This document shows, one piece after another, positions 1 to 17,871 of a stretch of 64,000 bases of DNA. The notes under the pieces were generated by a model. It ran no database searches, was not told the DNA's origin, and saw only the letters and a list, made by a program, of their open reading frames with translations. A program made the position numbers and the translations under genes. This DNA is from Eledone cirrhosa (lineage: Eukaryota), in contig OZ024749.1 in NCBI GenBank assembly GCA_964016885.1, positions 50,468,001-50,532,000 on the forward strand, in the 5' to 3' direction. The first letter of the stretch is position 1. The number at the start of each line of letters is the position of its first letter.

Positions 1-977
<977 letters not shown>

Positions 978-1009
978 TATATATATGTGTGTATATATAT
1001 ATACCTCAT

Positions 1010-2760
1010 CATCATGATCTTTATGAATAATGTATTTTCAACAAAACACTTCATAAAGGTTTATTCAATAGCGAAATAAATATCATAGAATTAGAGACAA
1101 CTTATATAGAGACGTAAATGAGGAGGTTTTGATACAAAAATGGAACTATTTTAATGTAAATTTTCAGGCGATGGAGGGAAGGGATGTTTCCCAATATTTT
1201 GGCATACGTTCATAATAGTGTAAATATATTTCTAATATATGAATAGCTATTTTTGTCGTTTGACAATATTAAACGAAACCATTCTGGAGACGTGTATTGA
1301 AATTTACTGAAAGCCATCATACTTGCCTAAAGGAATTTGAATCTAATAATTACAGTAGTTTATAGTTACTTCATGGACAAATGTGTACATGACCGGTTGT
1401 ATATTTAGGTGTATCAATGACAATATTTCAATATTCGTGATGAAATTTACACTGCAAGAGTTGGGTTTTGTAACATATGTCCAAAATATTTACTCTAATT
1501 TAATCCAATCCAATCCAGGGCCTACTCACTCCTATAGGCTTTACCCCTTTACCGTTTTCTGCATGGATTGCGTTATGGCAGGAGTGTAGACGTACTCACC
1601 ATGCTTGGCCGATGCCGAGTCTATTTAACCCATTATTAATCAAGGGCAAATTAATCATAATTATAAATACGATAGAAAAGCAACAATGTTTACACCTGAA
1701 AATTGTAGGCAACCTTGTGGTATTATACGAGTGTAAGCTACGAAGATATTTCATTATTACTGTTAGAAAGCATTCTGAGAAATGGTAATTATAGAGGATT
1801 ATTCTTAAATACGGAGGAGGCACGTTGCCTAGTGGTAAGGGTGTTGGACTTGAGATCATAATGTCGTGGGTTCGATTGCTAGGTTGCGTGTTGTGTTCTT
1901 GAGCAAAACATTTCATTTCACGTTGCTCCAGTATACTGAGCTGAAAATGAGTACCAGCAATATCTGGAGGTGTAACCCTGCGATGAAGTGCCTTCCTGTC
2001 CAGGGAGGTGCTTTGTGCTCTCGGTCGCTTCAAACCGAGAAAATGAGCCTTCTGGCTTAAGACAGACTTTAGACTTAGACATTTAAGTACATATAGACGT
2101 AGCTTCTTTTGAAAAGAATCAGCAATCATCATAGAAGTGTGTATGTATATTTGTATGGATGGATTGGTTTATGTATGTATGTATATATGAATGGATGGAT
2201 GAAATGGTGTATGCATGTATATATGTATGTATGTATTTATGCATGTGTGTATGAGGGATTATGTCGATGGATAAATTGTTGTGTCCATATATAGATAACA
2301 CTATTTGCGACATGTTCTCTCATCAATGACATCAATATCAAAGTATCTAGCACTAGGTATTTCTATTTATTATTTGTCTATCCAGATGTACACTGTAATG
2401 CGTGATATACTATGATGGAACGTGTTCCTGATATAAATGCATGGTGCGCAGAGGAGAAGTATTTCTAATTTTATGTCCAGCATAACAATGTATCATGCAG
2501 TTTTCAATATTCATGTAATAGTTGATTTTTGTAGCTTACATTGTGTTCTTGTAATCCAATATTCGTGATAGATTATGATTGAATACAAAGCATATTGTTT
2601 TCTGTGTACAAAACGGTGTCTTTCTTTTTTATAAGATATTCATCTATTCCATTGCTTGAAAGATTCTGGTTGATATATAAAAGGAAAAAACAAACTGCAT
2701 GTTCTTGTTTGTTTTTACTAAATATAGATTTTGTTTTGAAATTTAGAAATTATTTGTGTA
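1010..2760 (+). pseudogene. Decayed intronless Cys-loop receptor subunit, interrupted by a SINE
   Basis: FPNILAYVHNSV (1187, loop A-like) and in-frame HSGDVY* (1280). RKATMF...QPCGII (1674-1727, pre-M1/M1-like). A weaker M2-M3-like hydrophobic stretch follows after 2400. Confidence 0.65.
1813..2060 (+). mobile_element. tRNA-derived SINE (second family, CORE/V-like central domain)
   Basis: A-box-like TTGCCTAGTGGTAA and B-box GGTTCGATTGC, followed by TTGTGTTCTTGAGCAAAACA...CTGAAAATGAGTACC. Confidence 0.75.
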
Positions 2761-3019
2761 AATGCCGATCGACTGTTGATGCTATTTATTCAACTTCACA
2801 CAATATGGAGGAAATGTTTTATGTTAAAAACATTAGCAGTTATTTACGGCCCAATGTTAATTGAGATACTATAAATCTTTGACTACATTATCTACTATGG
2901 TTTCTCCATCTTTAAATCATTAACGTAAGATTTTGAAATAGATTCTGCAGGTATTTCTAACATACTGTGCGACGACATAAGGGCTCTTCTCTGTTATTAT
3001 GCATACACACACATATATG

Positions 3020-3047
<28 letters not shown>

Positions 3048-3051
<4 letters not shown>

Positions 3052-3242
3052 ACGAAGGAAATGTGGTAAGGAACCAAGTGGACCATAACGCACCAAAGTA
3101 CTCAATATTTAGGGTAGTAGAGTGGGTAATAGGAACAAGTAAGACCCCGAAGGCTGAGCTCAAGCCGTTTCGACGGCTAATTCAGTACAGAATTAGCCGT
3201 CGAAACGGCTTGAACTCAGCCGTCGGGGTCTTACTTGTTCCT

Positions 3243-3243
<1 letters not shown>
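3048..3243. mobile_element. Short repeat family B with an internal fold-back (3131-3184 inverted to 3188-3242)
   Basis: GGAACAAGTAAGACCCCGA..GCTGAGCTCAAGCCGTTTCGACGGC also occurs at 4284-4330, 15790-15885 and 53237-53370. Confidence 0.85.
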
Positions 3244-4283
<1,040 letters not shown>

Positions 4284-4347
4284 AGGAACAAGTAAGACCC
4301 CGACGGCTGAGCTCAAGCCGTTTCGACGGCATATGTACATATATATA

Positions 4348-6245
<1,898 letters not shown>

Positions 6246-6937
6246 ATGGCTGGATCTTGAGGACTTTCCGGACAAGAGATCGAGACACCATGTTGACACT
6301 GTGGAGGACTTTTGTCCTAAGCCGCCTGGACTACTGCCTCCAGTTGTGGTCACCCCATAGTGTCAAACTAACCATGGAGCTTGAGGCAATCCAGCGAAGC
6401 TACACCAAGAGGATTGCCAAGACGAGAGAGACAAGCTACTGGGAGTGGCTAAAGGAACTGAACCTCTACTCCTTGGAGCAAAGACGGGAGAGATACGCAG
6501 TGATCTACATGTGGAAAATCCTGGAGGGACTCGCGCCAAACTTTGGCATAGGGAGCTGGACCAACCGTCGAACAGGACGTCACTGTGTGGTGCCAAAGGT
6601 CCCGTCTTCCACATCTAGAATAAGGAGCAGGTATTGCAATAGCCTGGGATTCAAGGGCCCTCAACTCTTCAACAGGCTGCCGAGGCATCTAAGAGACTTG
6701 CATGACGTGGAGGTGGATGTCTTTAAGAAACATCTCGACACCTTGTTATCCAGGATCCCGGATGAGCCCACAGCAAGACACGAGGGAAACCTAAGGGCAG
6801 CAGCAACAAACTCCCTCCTGCACCAGTGGCCAACCTATACAGGCTGGAGATAAAATGTGTAGCAACAAGGGCGGTGCCCCAGCATGGCCTCAGCCGGATG
6901 GCTGAAACAGGTAAAAGAGTAAAAGAGTAAGAGTAAA
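6246..6937 (+). mobile_element. 5'-truncated CR1-like LINE: RT C-terminus, 3'UTR hairpin and (AAAAGAGT)n-like tail
   Basis: Open frame to the stop at 6853: GWILRTF...[20 protein letters not shown]...LEAIQR...[21 protein letters not shown]...FKKHLD. It is a GC-rich island inside (TA)n. Confidence 0.9.
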
Positions 6938-7719
6938 TATGTTTATATATATATATGTGTATATAAATATGTTTATATATATGTGTATATATATATGTAT
7001 ATATAAATATGTGTATATAAATATGTTTATATATATATATATGTGTATATAAATATGTTTATATATATGTGTATATAAATATGTTTATATATATGTGTGT
7101 ATATAAATATGTTTATATATACGTGTATATAAATATGTTTATATATATACGTATATATGTATATATTTATATATATATGTGTATATATATATGTATGTAT
7201 ATATTTATATATATTTATATATATATGTGTATATATATGTATATATATGTGTGTGTGTGTGTGTGTGTGCGAGAGAGAGAGATAAGATGATCATTTCCTC
7301 ATAACAGTTGATGGCAATATTATCTTTTACCGTCTTTAAAGGTCTTCACGCTAATTCATAAGTTATTTGTTAGAATATCGCCATTCAATTATTCCTTTAT
7401 TTGAACCCATTTCAATACTGTTCCCATTTCGTTTATGTATACCACACTTTATATTTTGATTATGAATCTGTATAATACATCTTTATGTGGATATTCTATA
7501 TAACTATGCATATGAATATTTATGACGAGATGATATCTTTCATCACAGTCACTGCATCACTATTGTGTTCGCTATTGTGTTCTATGTTGATATATTTATT
7601 GCTTTTATTTGTATATGTACATATAAGTATGAAGTCTTAAGAATCCTATCTGAAGCAATATTAGTCAGTGTAATAGAGAAGATAGTTTCTGTAGGGGACT
7701 TTCATTAGTTTGCCAAATT

Positions 7720-8900
7720 CTCTTGGAACATTAAATAAAATCAATATAATGTTAGTATGCATTACGATATATTCGTAGTTACAGTATAGTTTCTTTTATA
7801 ATGTAAACCACTCTTGAGCCAGCGTTTCTCCGTTCGGAAGTACTAACACAACATCTATATACACATTCATTACAAAAATCTAGGAATTAAATGAATAAAC
7901 CAAATTGGCTAAGGTAAATAGCTCCAATGGGATAATGGCATGAATTCGGGTACATAAATTAATGGGTGTTGTACCATACTTGACTCAAAAAATTATTAGA
8001 AAATTAAAACAACATAATATAGCAATTTAAGCAACATTTCATATTAATTTTCTAAAGATGATACTTAAGCCCGAGAGATAAATTCTGAATATGTTTCTAT
8101 TATTTTCCTTCTTTTCAAGCTCATTATTAATTGACACACATCATAACATGGAAAATTAAAGTTTTTGATGCACCATCTAGTAAATCAATAATGAAACTAT
8201 TTTCCAACAGTTCAGTCACAACAAAGAACTGATTCAATTTCCTCAACACAAGCCATGCGTACGTTGATGATAAATGAGCACAAATCCATTCATTGGACAG
8301 TGGGCGTTGTTATTTTTTAAAGACTATATTTAGCATATATTTCTCAAATACTTACACTAAAATTCTATGACAAATCAATGTAGGATGTAGAAAAACAATT
8401 CTACAGATGCAGCCCACTTTTCCTAACAGAACACAAAACACATTTAACCTAGGATCAAATAATCGTGGTATAATAACCATCAATTAAGTTAATGAAATAT
8501 GTAAACATTTATTAATGAGAAACATTTGGTGTGAATCTGGTTCACGTATAATTAACCCTGTTACAGAAATCTTGCATTAATCTTCATTTCTCACATGCAT
8601 TTTGTAAACCACAACAAATACGTCCATGCCATTTTAAAACCTAATCCACACAGTACTTTTCGTATTCAACATGCTGAGTGAAACACAAGGAATTCCAACA
8701 TTGTTTTCTATATAAATATCTCCATTTGTTATCAAAACATAACATTTAAGCTCGAAAGGGTGTATATTTATTCATTCCAACATCATAAATGCCAGAGAGT
8801 GATCATATCTAGAAAAGCAAGTGCAGTTGTATATATTAAATTCTAACTCACATTTTGCTATAGTTGTGGCACTTTACCCTGAATAACAATTGCGACATCG
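7720..8900 (-). pseudogene. Decayed intronless Cys-loop receptor subunit
   Basis: Motifs in order: GIYDVGMNK, KISVTGLIIRE (8573-8541), DGYY (8481), ICRIVF (8408), SNEW (8297), MSLKRR (8124), YPNSCHYPIGAIYL (7952, M2-M3-like). Confidence 0.65.
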
Positions 8901-9739
8901 AAACTACAAATGAGGTGGTGTTTATAGTACAAATATCCATATGCCCGAGTGCTGGAATAATTTTCCGAAATGTGTGATGAATTTTCCTGTGCTGAACAAT
9001 TACGTTATCGATTTTATAATTTGACTTCGCCTTAGAAACAAAATATGAAACTCAAATGATGACACTTGGGTTCTCATCGCCATTGTTTCACTAAATAGTG
9101 CTTGTATGCTTATGCAAGATTTCAGTTCGTGATCCTACTTACTATTAAGCAGAACATTCTAGCTGGTTTCCAAGACCTCTCTACAGATAATGAAAAGCAG
9201 GATTTGTTTTAACGATTAGTTCATGTATTCGTTAGATGGTTGTTTTAGTATTTTCATTGGATTTTGAAACGTTTAACAGATAGGAAGCTGGCTATTTGCA
9301 ACAACACAGAAGTCATAAAATGCATATTAAGTTATTATTGAAAAAGGAAAGGGAATATAAAACATGCTTGTTAAACTTCAATTTTAAACATAGGAAATGT
9401 CAAAACAGCATTGTAACTGGTAAAGATAAAATGGTGTATTACATCTAGCCACGAAAGTTCAAAATTGATAGAAGGTTTTAATAACTCCCTGTTTACCGTA
9501 ACACACGTTTTGTGAAATATATATATAAAACAATTTATTGGTACCTATAATGCTATCGAATTTACATCTGAATCTATGAACCAGTTATGCATTTATATAT
9601 GTACATATAAACATATACATACAGGCATGAAAACATGAACACATACACACACAACCATATATATAAATATAAATATAAATATATATATATAAATAGAAAT
9701 ATATAAATATATATATATATGTAAATATATATATATATA

Positions 9740-10320
9740 ATATTAATTCAAAATATTAACAAAAATAGACATTCGTGTAATCAAGTATATTTTATTATAC
9801 ATATTTCAGAGGTACTGAGCTATCCTCAACAGTACGTCCTCATTTCTATACTTCTAGTAACTCTCTTTTTCCTCATCTGTTTCTCTCTCTGTCTTTCACT
9901 TCTTCTTTCTTCAATAATTTAAATTATTTGAACCTCTAACAGTTACGTAAGTTTGTATTATATTAATAGTTGCTTATTATTACGCACCCTCTGTATTATA
10001 TGTAATTTTTTCATGTCTCAATCTTAAGGTATATAAATATTGAGATTTGTCATATCTTATTCACTGCTATGACTGAATTTTAACCATCTACTTAGTCAGG
10101 GTATGTCATGCATCATCTTATTTTATCTGATGAGGACGTACTGTTGAAGATAGCTCAGTACCTCTGAAATATGTATAATATACTTGATCACACGAATGTC
10201 TATTTTTGTTAATATTTTGAATTAATATTAATAACTCCGGAAAACCATAACTGTGGAGTGCTTCTAATCTATTGTAACACTTTATTCTTTGATTTATTCA
10301 TTGAACCTTGTTTAACCTTT
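9740..10320 (+). mobile_element. Short Penelope-like element with an inverted terminal duplication (9743-9842 vs 10131-10230)
   Basis: About 100-nt inverted arms containing a hammerhead, with (TA)n flanks. Confidence 0.75.
10119..10180 (+). ncRNA. Type I hammerhead ribozyme (stem I partly deleted in this copy)
   Basis: TATTTTAT-CTGATGA-stem II (GTACTG/CAGTAC)-GAAA-TATGTA-TA. The inverted copy near 9790 keeps the ATAAAATA stem I partner. Confidence 0.75.
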
Positions 10321-10398
10321 AAATATATATATATATATATATATATGTATATGGCAGTGTGACTGTGTATGGGTTTATATATACATATGCATGTGTTT

Positions 10399-10456
<58 letters not shown>

Positions 10457-10654
10457 CAGTACTGCGGCAGACATAATAGAAATTTTAGGAAACAGTTGTA
10501 TGAGGAAAATAAAAAGAATCTTACTGCGTTCAACCTTCAAAAGGGGCTAGCGAAGACATTCTAAACGCCACAGGAGGCTTGGTACTTCATTTCCTCTGTC
10601 TTTCAAACAAATAAGTAAAACACATATCCAAACCCCTACACGCACTCACTATTT

Positions 10655-10713
<59 letters not shown>

Positions 10714-10766
10714 TTGCATGGACACACATATAGATACATATATACATACACACACACACGCACACG

Positions 10767-10803
<37 letters not shown>

Positions 10804-11329
10804 GGATACAGAGAGCGCGAGAGATTGATGACTATGAGTCATTTTGTATAACCATGTATTTACTATCCCCGTTTAATTAATAATATATTTCTGAAAGAAG
10901 TCTGACGGCTATATGGAACCTGCCATAACAAAAGTGCAATCCTGTAGTGAGATTACTATATTAGTATATAAACATTCTTAACTAAGGTGTAATTGCCGAT
11001 TTCAACAGTGTTTATAAGCCATGTATCTTCGTTTGCTATATTCTAGAAAATTCTATTTTCAAATCATTAACTTGCTTTGCCTCTTGGTTATTGGCACTGT
11101 CATGTTTCTATAGTGAAATAGCTGCAGCATTAAACAAAAACCACAATTGAAAGGAATTCAACACACACACGTGTAAATAAGTAAATACACATGAATAAAA
11201 CAGAAAAGTTCGACATATATCATCTAATTTTATGTGAATATATATATATATATATATATCCATATAGAAACATATATGTGTATAAATATATATACACACA
11301 TATGTATATCTATATATATATATATATAT

Positions 11330-11413
<84 letters not shown>

Positions 11414-11428
11414 ATATATATGTGTATA

Positions 11429-11479
<51 letters not shown>

Positions 11480-11586
11480 ATATATATATATACATATGTA
11501 TGTATAGTGTGTCATTTGCTTTGTTATTTCTGTTTAGCTTTTATACACACAGACGCACACATATATATATATATATGTGTGTGTGC

Positions 11587-11627
<41 letters not shown>

Positions 11628-11664
11628 CATGTATATATATATATATACATGTATATATATATAT

Positions 11665-11703
<39 letters not shown>

Positions 11704-11708
<5 letters not shown>

Positions 11709-11751
11709 CACACCCTCTCCTCCCTCAATCGTTCATTATATATATATATAC

Positions 11752-11784
<33 letters not shown>

Positions 11785-11810
11785 TGTATGTATGTATGTA
11801 TGTATGTATG

Positions 11811-11845
<35 letters not shown>

Positions 11846-11992
11846 GTAGGTATATAAATATATGTATGTATATATATATGATTGTATGTATATATATATG
11901 TATATGTATATATATATATGTATATATATATATAAGATCAAAAGATGGTTAAAAGAGTTCCAAGTATTTTATTATGCGCATATATATATGTG

Positions 11993-12031
<39 letters not shown>

Positions 12032-12141
12032 GTATATATATATGTATGTATATATATGTATATATATATATACATGTATATATATATATTTATAGGTATG
12101 TATATATATGTATATATATATGTATATATATGTAAACGTAT

Positions 12142-12211
<70 letters not shown>

Positions 12212-12213
12212 GC

Positions 12214-12272
<59 letters not shown>

Positions 12273-12410
12273 TGTATATATGTATACATATATATACATA
12301 CATATATATATACATATATATACATACCTATAAATATATATATATACATGTATATATATATCATGTATATACATACACATATATATAAATATATATATAT
12401 ATATAAACAC

Positions 12411-12462
<52 letters not shown>

Positions 12463-12509
12463 ATAATAAAATACTTGGAACTCTTTTAACCATCTTTTGA
12501 TCTTATATA

Positions 12510-12541
<32 letters not shown>

Positions 12542-12682
12542 CATACATATAAATATATACAATCATATATATATACATACATATTTATATACATACATAT
12601 ATTTATATACATTCATATATATATATACATACATAAATATATACATACACATATATATATACATACACATATATATATACAT

Positions 12683-12721
<39 letters not shown>

Positions 12722-12737
12722 ATCATATATATATACC

Positions 12738-12793
<56 letters not shown>

Positions 12794-12866
12794 CATACAT
12801 ATAAATATATACAATCATATATATATATATTTATATATACCATCATATATATACATATATATATAA

Positions 12867-12897
<31 letters not shown>

Positions 12898-12930
12898 ATG
12901 AACGATTGAGGGAGGAGAGTGTGTGTGATG
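11704..12930. repeat. About 1.2 kb nested inverted duplication within (TA)n
   Basis: 11704-11740 is inverted at 12894-12930, and 11934-11982 is inverted at 12456-12504. Confidence 0.9.
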
Positions 12931-12954
12931 CTAATAGATAAATGGAGGAAGAGT

Positions 12955-13050
<96 letters not shown>

Positions 13051-14246
13051 CGTGCGTATATATTTACTCTTTTGAGTTTTATTGTTCTGCATGTAATTTT
13101 ACATATGTTTGGATGTATAAACCTTGTATGTACAACTTTAATTTACAAAAATTGGCAGTCTGAAACCGACGAACCAGAATTTTGAATCAATGTACATTTG
13201 TATGTTTGCGTAAATAATAAGTTTATCTTAATAGGTTTAGTTCAGGGTTGTTTACTTTGTACCTACCGACAAAAACAAGAAAATAGAACCCCAAACAAAT
13301 TCATGTTTGTTTCAATGTCAGCAGTGTCGTCGAATCATGTAGATTTTGACATGCTTTGATTAAGCTTGTATTTATTTAGTTATTTATGTATCTATCTTAT
13401 TATACAAAGATTGAAATCACGCAAACCATTGTGCTAATATTGACGACAGAAAAGTGATGTATACACACACACTCACACATACACAGATGCACTCATTCAC
13501 ACACACAGATGCACTCTCACACTCACATAGTGACACTTACAATCACAGATACACGCCATCACAATAGAACCTAAGTTGAAACGGCTCGTAAGTTGAACAG
13601 CTTAATTCAGATCAACAAAGCTAATACTCAAAAGCGTAAAACATCAAATATCTCTATTTCCTGCTTCAGTATTCCTAATCAGTAACCCCGTTGGCTTAAA
13701 TAAAACCGAATAAATTTGAAGAATGAGCAGTTAACAGAAGGTATTCATCGCTGATACTTGAACTCAACTCGCCGCTGGTTGTGTTCGAAATATATACGTT
13801 TCAATTATCAAACATAGAAACCTTACGATAATTATTATTATTATTATTTTATTTTTTTTTTTGCTTTAGCTTTAGCTTTATATCAAATGCATTTCTATAT
13901 AGGTATATTATTATTTCTGGGAAATCAACTATTGTTATCTGGAATCCATGTAGGATATCAACTATTGATTTCATACATGGATTCCAGATAACACATTTTC
14001 ATAGAAGACCTAGAATTAAATGATTCGGTGTGTGTGTCACATGAAGTAAATAACGAAGTAAGGGCAATGGAAGATATATATCAACCCCCTAATGTGGGCT
14101 CAATTCATAAAGAAGCGTGTGAAATAAAATATACTTGACTGTCTGTGGACAATACATACAAATATATATATATAAATAAATATGTCCCAAGGCTTTGATA
14201 CCATCAACACCATAAACACAGAGCTGGCATATCTCAGAACTGACTA

Positions 14247-14302
14247 ACTGCCTGATGAGGTCATAGCCATTCAATGGCTATCATCGAAATATATATAGCA
14301 GT
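14247..14302 (+). ncRNA. Type I hammerhead ribozyme
   Basis: ACTGC-CTGATGA-stem II (ATAGCCAT/ATGGCTAT)-GAAA-TATATA-TA^GCAGT. Confidence 0.88.
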
Positions 14303-14343
14303 AAATAAAGGATTATGAGTTCATGCAATTGACTTATGTTTCG

Positions 14344-14502
<159 letters not shown>

Positions 14503-14849
14503 GCACGAACAATATATTTAAAGGATCTGTTTTTCTTTTTTACTTCTTTCGTTATTGAAAAATGAGAGGAACAATTTTTTTACAAAAGGATTTGTATGAT
14601 GTATACAAAATCTATAACATTAAAATTAATAAGAATTAAACATTTAAAATTAAGTGTTGAGGCAGGTCTGTTCATCTTTCAACTTAATGGGTCAATAGAA
14701 TAATGTACCAGTCACGCGCTGGTGTAGATTTAACCAGCTTTTCCCTTCCTAAATTTGCTGGCCTTTTGCCTATACCAGAAACCATTATTATTAACTGTGT
14801 CATGTCATAAATAAACTTTCATACATGGTAAATAAAAACAAATCAAAGC

Positions 14850-15460
14850 CAAGCTGTAAAATAGTAGATAAATATACAATTCACAAAAGATTTCAAAAGG
14901 TTTTGCTTTGTCTGCACTAATGTTAGAAAGTTTATGTTTATTTAATGACTTTCGTGACGATGCAAGAAAGATTCATCAACTGATTGCAAGAATTAATTAA
15001 ATATGAGTCATTTATCGAATAAAACATCAAACCATTTCGTTTCATAACAAATAAGAATGTTAGTATCAGCAAGATAAATCTTTTCGGGAAAAAAACAATG
15101 TCATCACGCGTTTCAAGTTATTTTCGTTTCTTTTATTAAGACGAGTTATTGTGTAAGTCGGTATTAACGTTGCCGCTGCCATAATACATTTTACTGATTC
15201 ACTCTTCAACTTATAATGGATTAAACTTATGCTTTTGTTTTTCTTGTAGAGATACTTTCCATTTCCCAAATATATTTGTAGAAACTGAAATATATCTCGC
15301 TATGATTATATATCACGTATATTTCAGAAATTAATGGCTCACTAACAAGTGCTGTAAAATAACTTGGCGTAATCCAGTATGAAGGTTCGGTAGCCAGTTA
15401 TAGTTTTGTGTATCAAGTCATATGTAAGCTTTGAATGAAGGAATACGACTTAAAGCAAAT
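14850..15460 (-). pseudogene. Decayed Cys-loop receptor fragment (loop F to M2)
   Basis: GKWKV (15268), YTITRLNKR, and EKIYLADTNILI...DVLFDK (15085, like GEKISLGITILL). Confidence 0.5.
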
Positions 15461-15746
15461 ATCCTACGCATGCTATACAAATCTATGCAGTCACTATATG
15501 GATGTATGGTTGTAAGTATATATATATATATGTACATACACATATATACATGTACATCTACATCCCCCCATGTATCAAGTACTCACATGATTAGTGGTCT
15601 CCTCGGCCTCATAGCACCGCAGATTCTATTTATACATACATATATAATGTGTCCGACGGGGGGGGGGTATATATCTATACACACATTCTCTCTCTCACAC
15701 ACACACATACGCACATGAACACACATATACACACATACACACACAT

Positions 15747-15791
<45 letters not shown>

Positions 15792-16399
15792 AAAAGAATC
15801 AGGAACCCGACGGCTGAGCTCCTGCCGTTTCGACAGCTAGATCTGAACTAACCCAGTAGACTTTATTACCCACTCTACTACTCTACTATATATATGGGGG
15901 AGAGAGAGAGAGCATATAAACACAATAAAAAAAATTCACACAGATATATATGCATATATTTATTGATTTGAGATGTTTGTATGTGTGAATGTTTGAGACT
16001 GTGTTTGTGCGTGTATCTATTTATATATGCGTGGATTCAGAACTATTTACAAGCATGGATATGTGAATGTTTCTATAAATTGATTTCAATAGTTTTGTAA
16101 TTAGAAATACAATGTTCATGTAAGCCATGCGAGAAACCATGTGTTGTAACATTGAATATGCTACTCCACTACATCTTCACTATACACTGTGTTAGCAAGT
16201 CTTACATCAGTACATACGCACAAATACTTACATTGTATTAATTCAAATACAGAATCACATCCTGGCATGTGACATTGTAAATACTTTACGAGGGGTAAAC
16301 AATGAAAGACAGCACACACAACTCTCGTTTCAAAGAAAATTGTGTGTTTTTAATCGCTCCTGGCTTGTGTACGTATTGCGTGTAAATATACCCCTAATC

Positions 16400-17200
16400 A
16401 ATCCTTCTTGCTGTTTTTCATTAATTCCATTTTGCTGTATAGATATGTCACAATTTCCTTCCTTCCTACGAGACAGATAATCGAAGTGCTTTTCGACATT
16501 TAATGTAGTAACAAATATTGAATGATGATGTGAAAATAAGTTCTTATAACACACTTAATTTCTATACAGATCACGTAAACAACATCCTTCGGTAATGATT
16601 AAAATCTTCGTTAAATTCATCTCGGGTAATTATGAATAATACAGATAATATGGATTACACATAAACATTTGCCTACGTGACGATGGTCAACGAACTCTCG
16701 TATTATTATTCTAGGTAATTTGAATTTGTCAATAATCGATCTGAAAATATATGTGGAATGATGTCATACATATTAAACTTTGCTCTAAACAAGTGTTTGG
16801 GTAAACAACATCTAAGTTAAAGAGTTTTATTATATGTAGTTCTGCATTTGACAGATAGATTTTTACATTCCAAACGATACCAATCAATCAAGTCATATTG
16901 ATCTGTCTGATGATTAGACTTACAGATTTATTTGACTGCATGAATGTGTAAATCGCGATAGGGGTTTATATTACTAATGTATTATCGAAAATATCTTAAA
17001 GATGTAGATGGTACAAAATGAAGAGAAAATGGTAAATCTATGAAGCAGTTTTGATAAAATCTTGTCAGGAAGATTTATATCCTTTCCAACTTAACTACAC
17101 ATAACATTATTAAAACTTTAAACGTGAGTTTGCTAAAGGAAATGAAGTCTAGTTGAAAAGCAAAATACTTTATCGTTTTACTACATAGTTATAACATCTA
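16400..17200 (+). pseudogene. Decayed intronless Cys-loop receptor subunit
   Basis: NICLRDDG (16664), ICQ*SI*KYMWND...LC...VFG (Cys-loop-like), and MKRKW*IYEAVLIKSC (17018, like LKRKPLFY..NLIIPC). Confidence 0.6.
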
Positions 17201-17382
17201 TGCTGTCTATATTAATATAGGATCTAGAACATATAAAAATATTGTAAATACTATGATGTTTAAGTTATGTATTTCTAATATTGATTTAATATCGTGAATC
17301 TAAAATTAGTTTATGACTTATATATAGAACAACGAGCATATATATATATATATCAATGATATTAATAAATGGAAACTATATT

Positions 17383-17443
17383 TATTCTATTATATATATT
17401 TCAAGAGTACCACAACTTTGGTAAGCCCTCATCAGATAAAGTA
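17383..17443 (-). ncRNA. Type I hammerhead ribozyme
   Basis: Reverse complement reads TACTTTAT-CTGATGA-GGGCTTACCA..TGGTACTCTT-GAAA-TATATA-TA^ATAGAATA. Confidence 0.8.
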
Positions 17444-17474
17444 CACATTTTCTTTTATAAATAGTGACATACCC

Positions 17475-17535
17475 AGGAATCAGACCTTAACGGTTGAAGT
17501 TCCAACGGAACTTCAACCGTTAAGGTCTGATTCCT
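17475..17535. repeat. Perfect 29-bp hairpin with a 3-nt loop
   Basis: AGGAATCAGACCTTAACGGTTGAAGTTCC-aac-reverse complement. Confidence 0.97.
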
Positions 17536-17559
17536 ATTATTATTATTATTATTATTATT

Positions 17560-17846
17560 CTTTGAGTATCAGTCATTGATGTCATTTAACTGGAAGGTTT
17601 ATTCAAATGAACATCAAGCCGCTACACGCAACCTCAGATATTCAGGACGTATCGGAGGGTTGTTGCTGTTCTCAGCAAGCATGCATTTTGAAGTGTTCCA
17701 AAAAACGGAGCTGGACTAATCTTCTTTAACCTTCCTTTAAAACTCTTTGACATAGTACCTAGTGCTCCTATGACAATCGGAACGACTTCGTTCTCATGAC
17801 AGTCCGAAATCATTTTTAACTCCCACTTTAAATCCTGGTATCGGTT
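17560..17846 (-). mobile_element. 3' fragment of a Dong/R4-type LINE in (TAA)n
   Basis: 17846-17634 reads NRYQDLKWELK...VVPIVIGALG...LQNACLLRTATTLRYVLNI*, the C-terminus typical of restriction-like-endonuclease LINEs. (TAT)n lies on both sides. Confidence 0.85.
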
Positions 17847-17871
17847 AATTTATTATTATTATTATTATCAA

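Noticed and set aside
1596-2132. 178-aa minus-strand ORF
   Set aside because: It is an antisense reading through a SINE and a pseudogene.
7810-7985. VKYGTT and VVLVLPNGETL resembling FAD-linked oxidases
   Set aside because: The spacing is wrong, and the surrounding motifs fit a Cys-loop remnant better.
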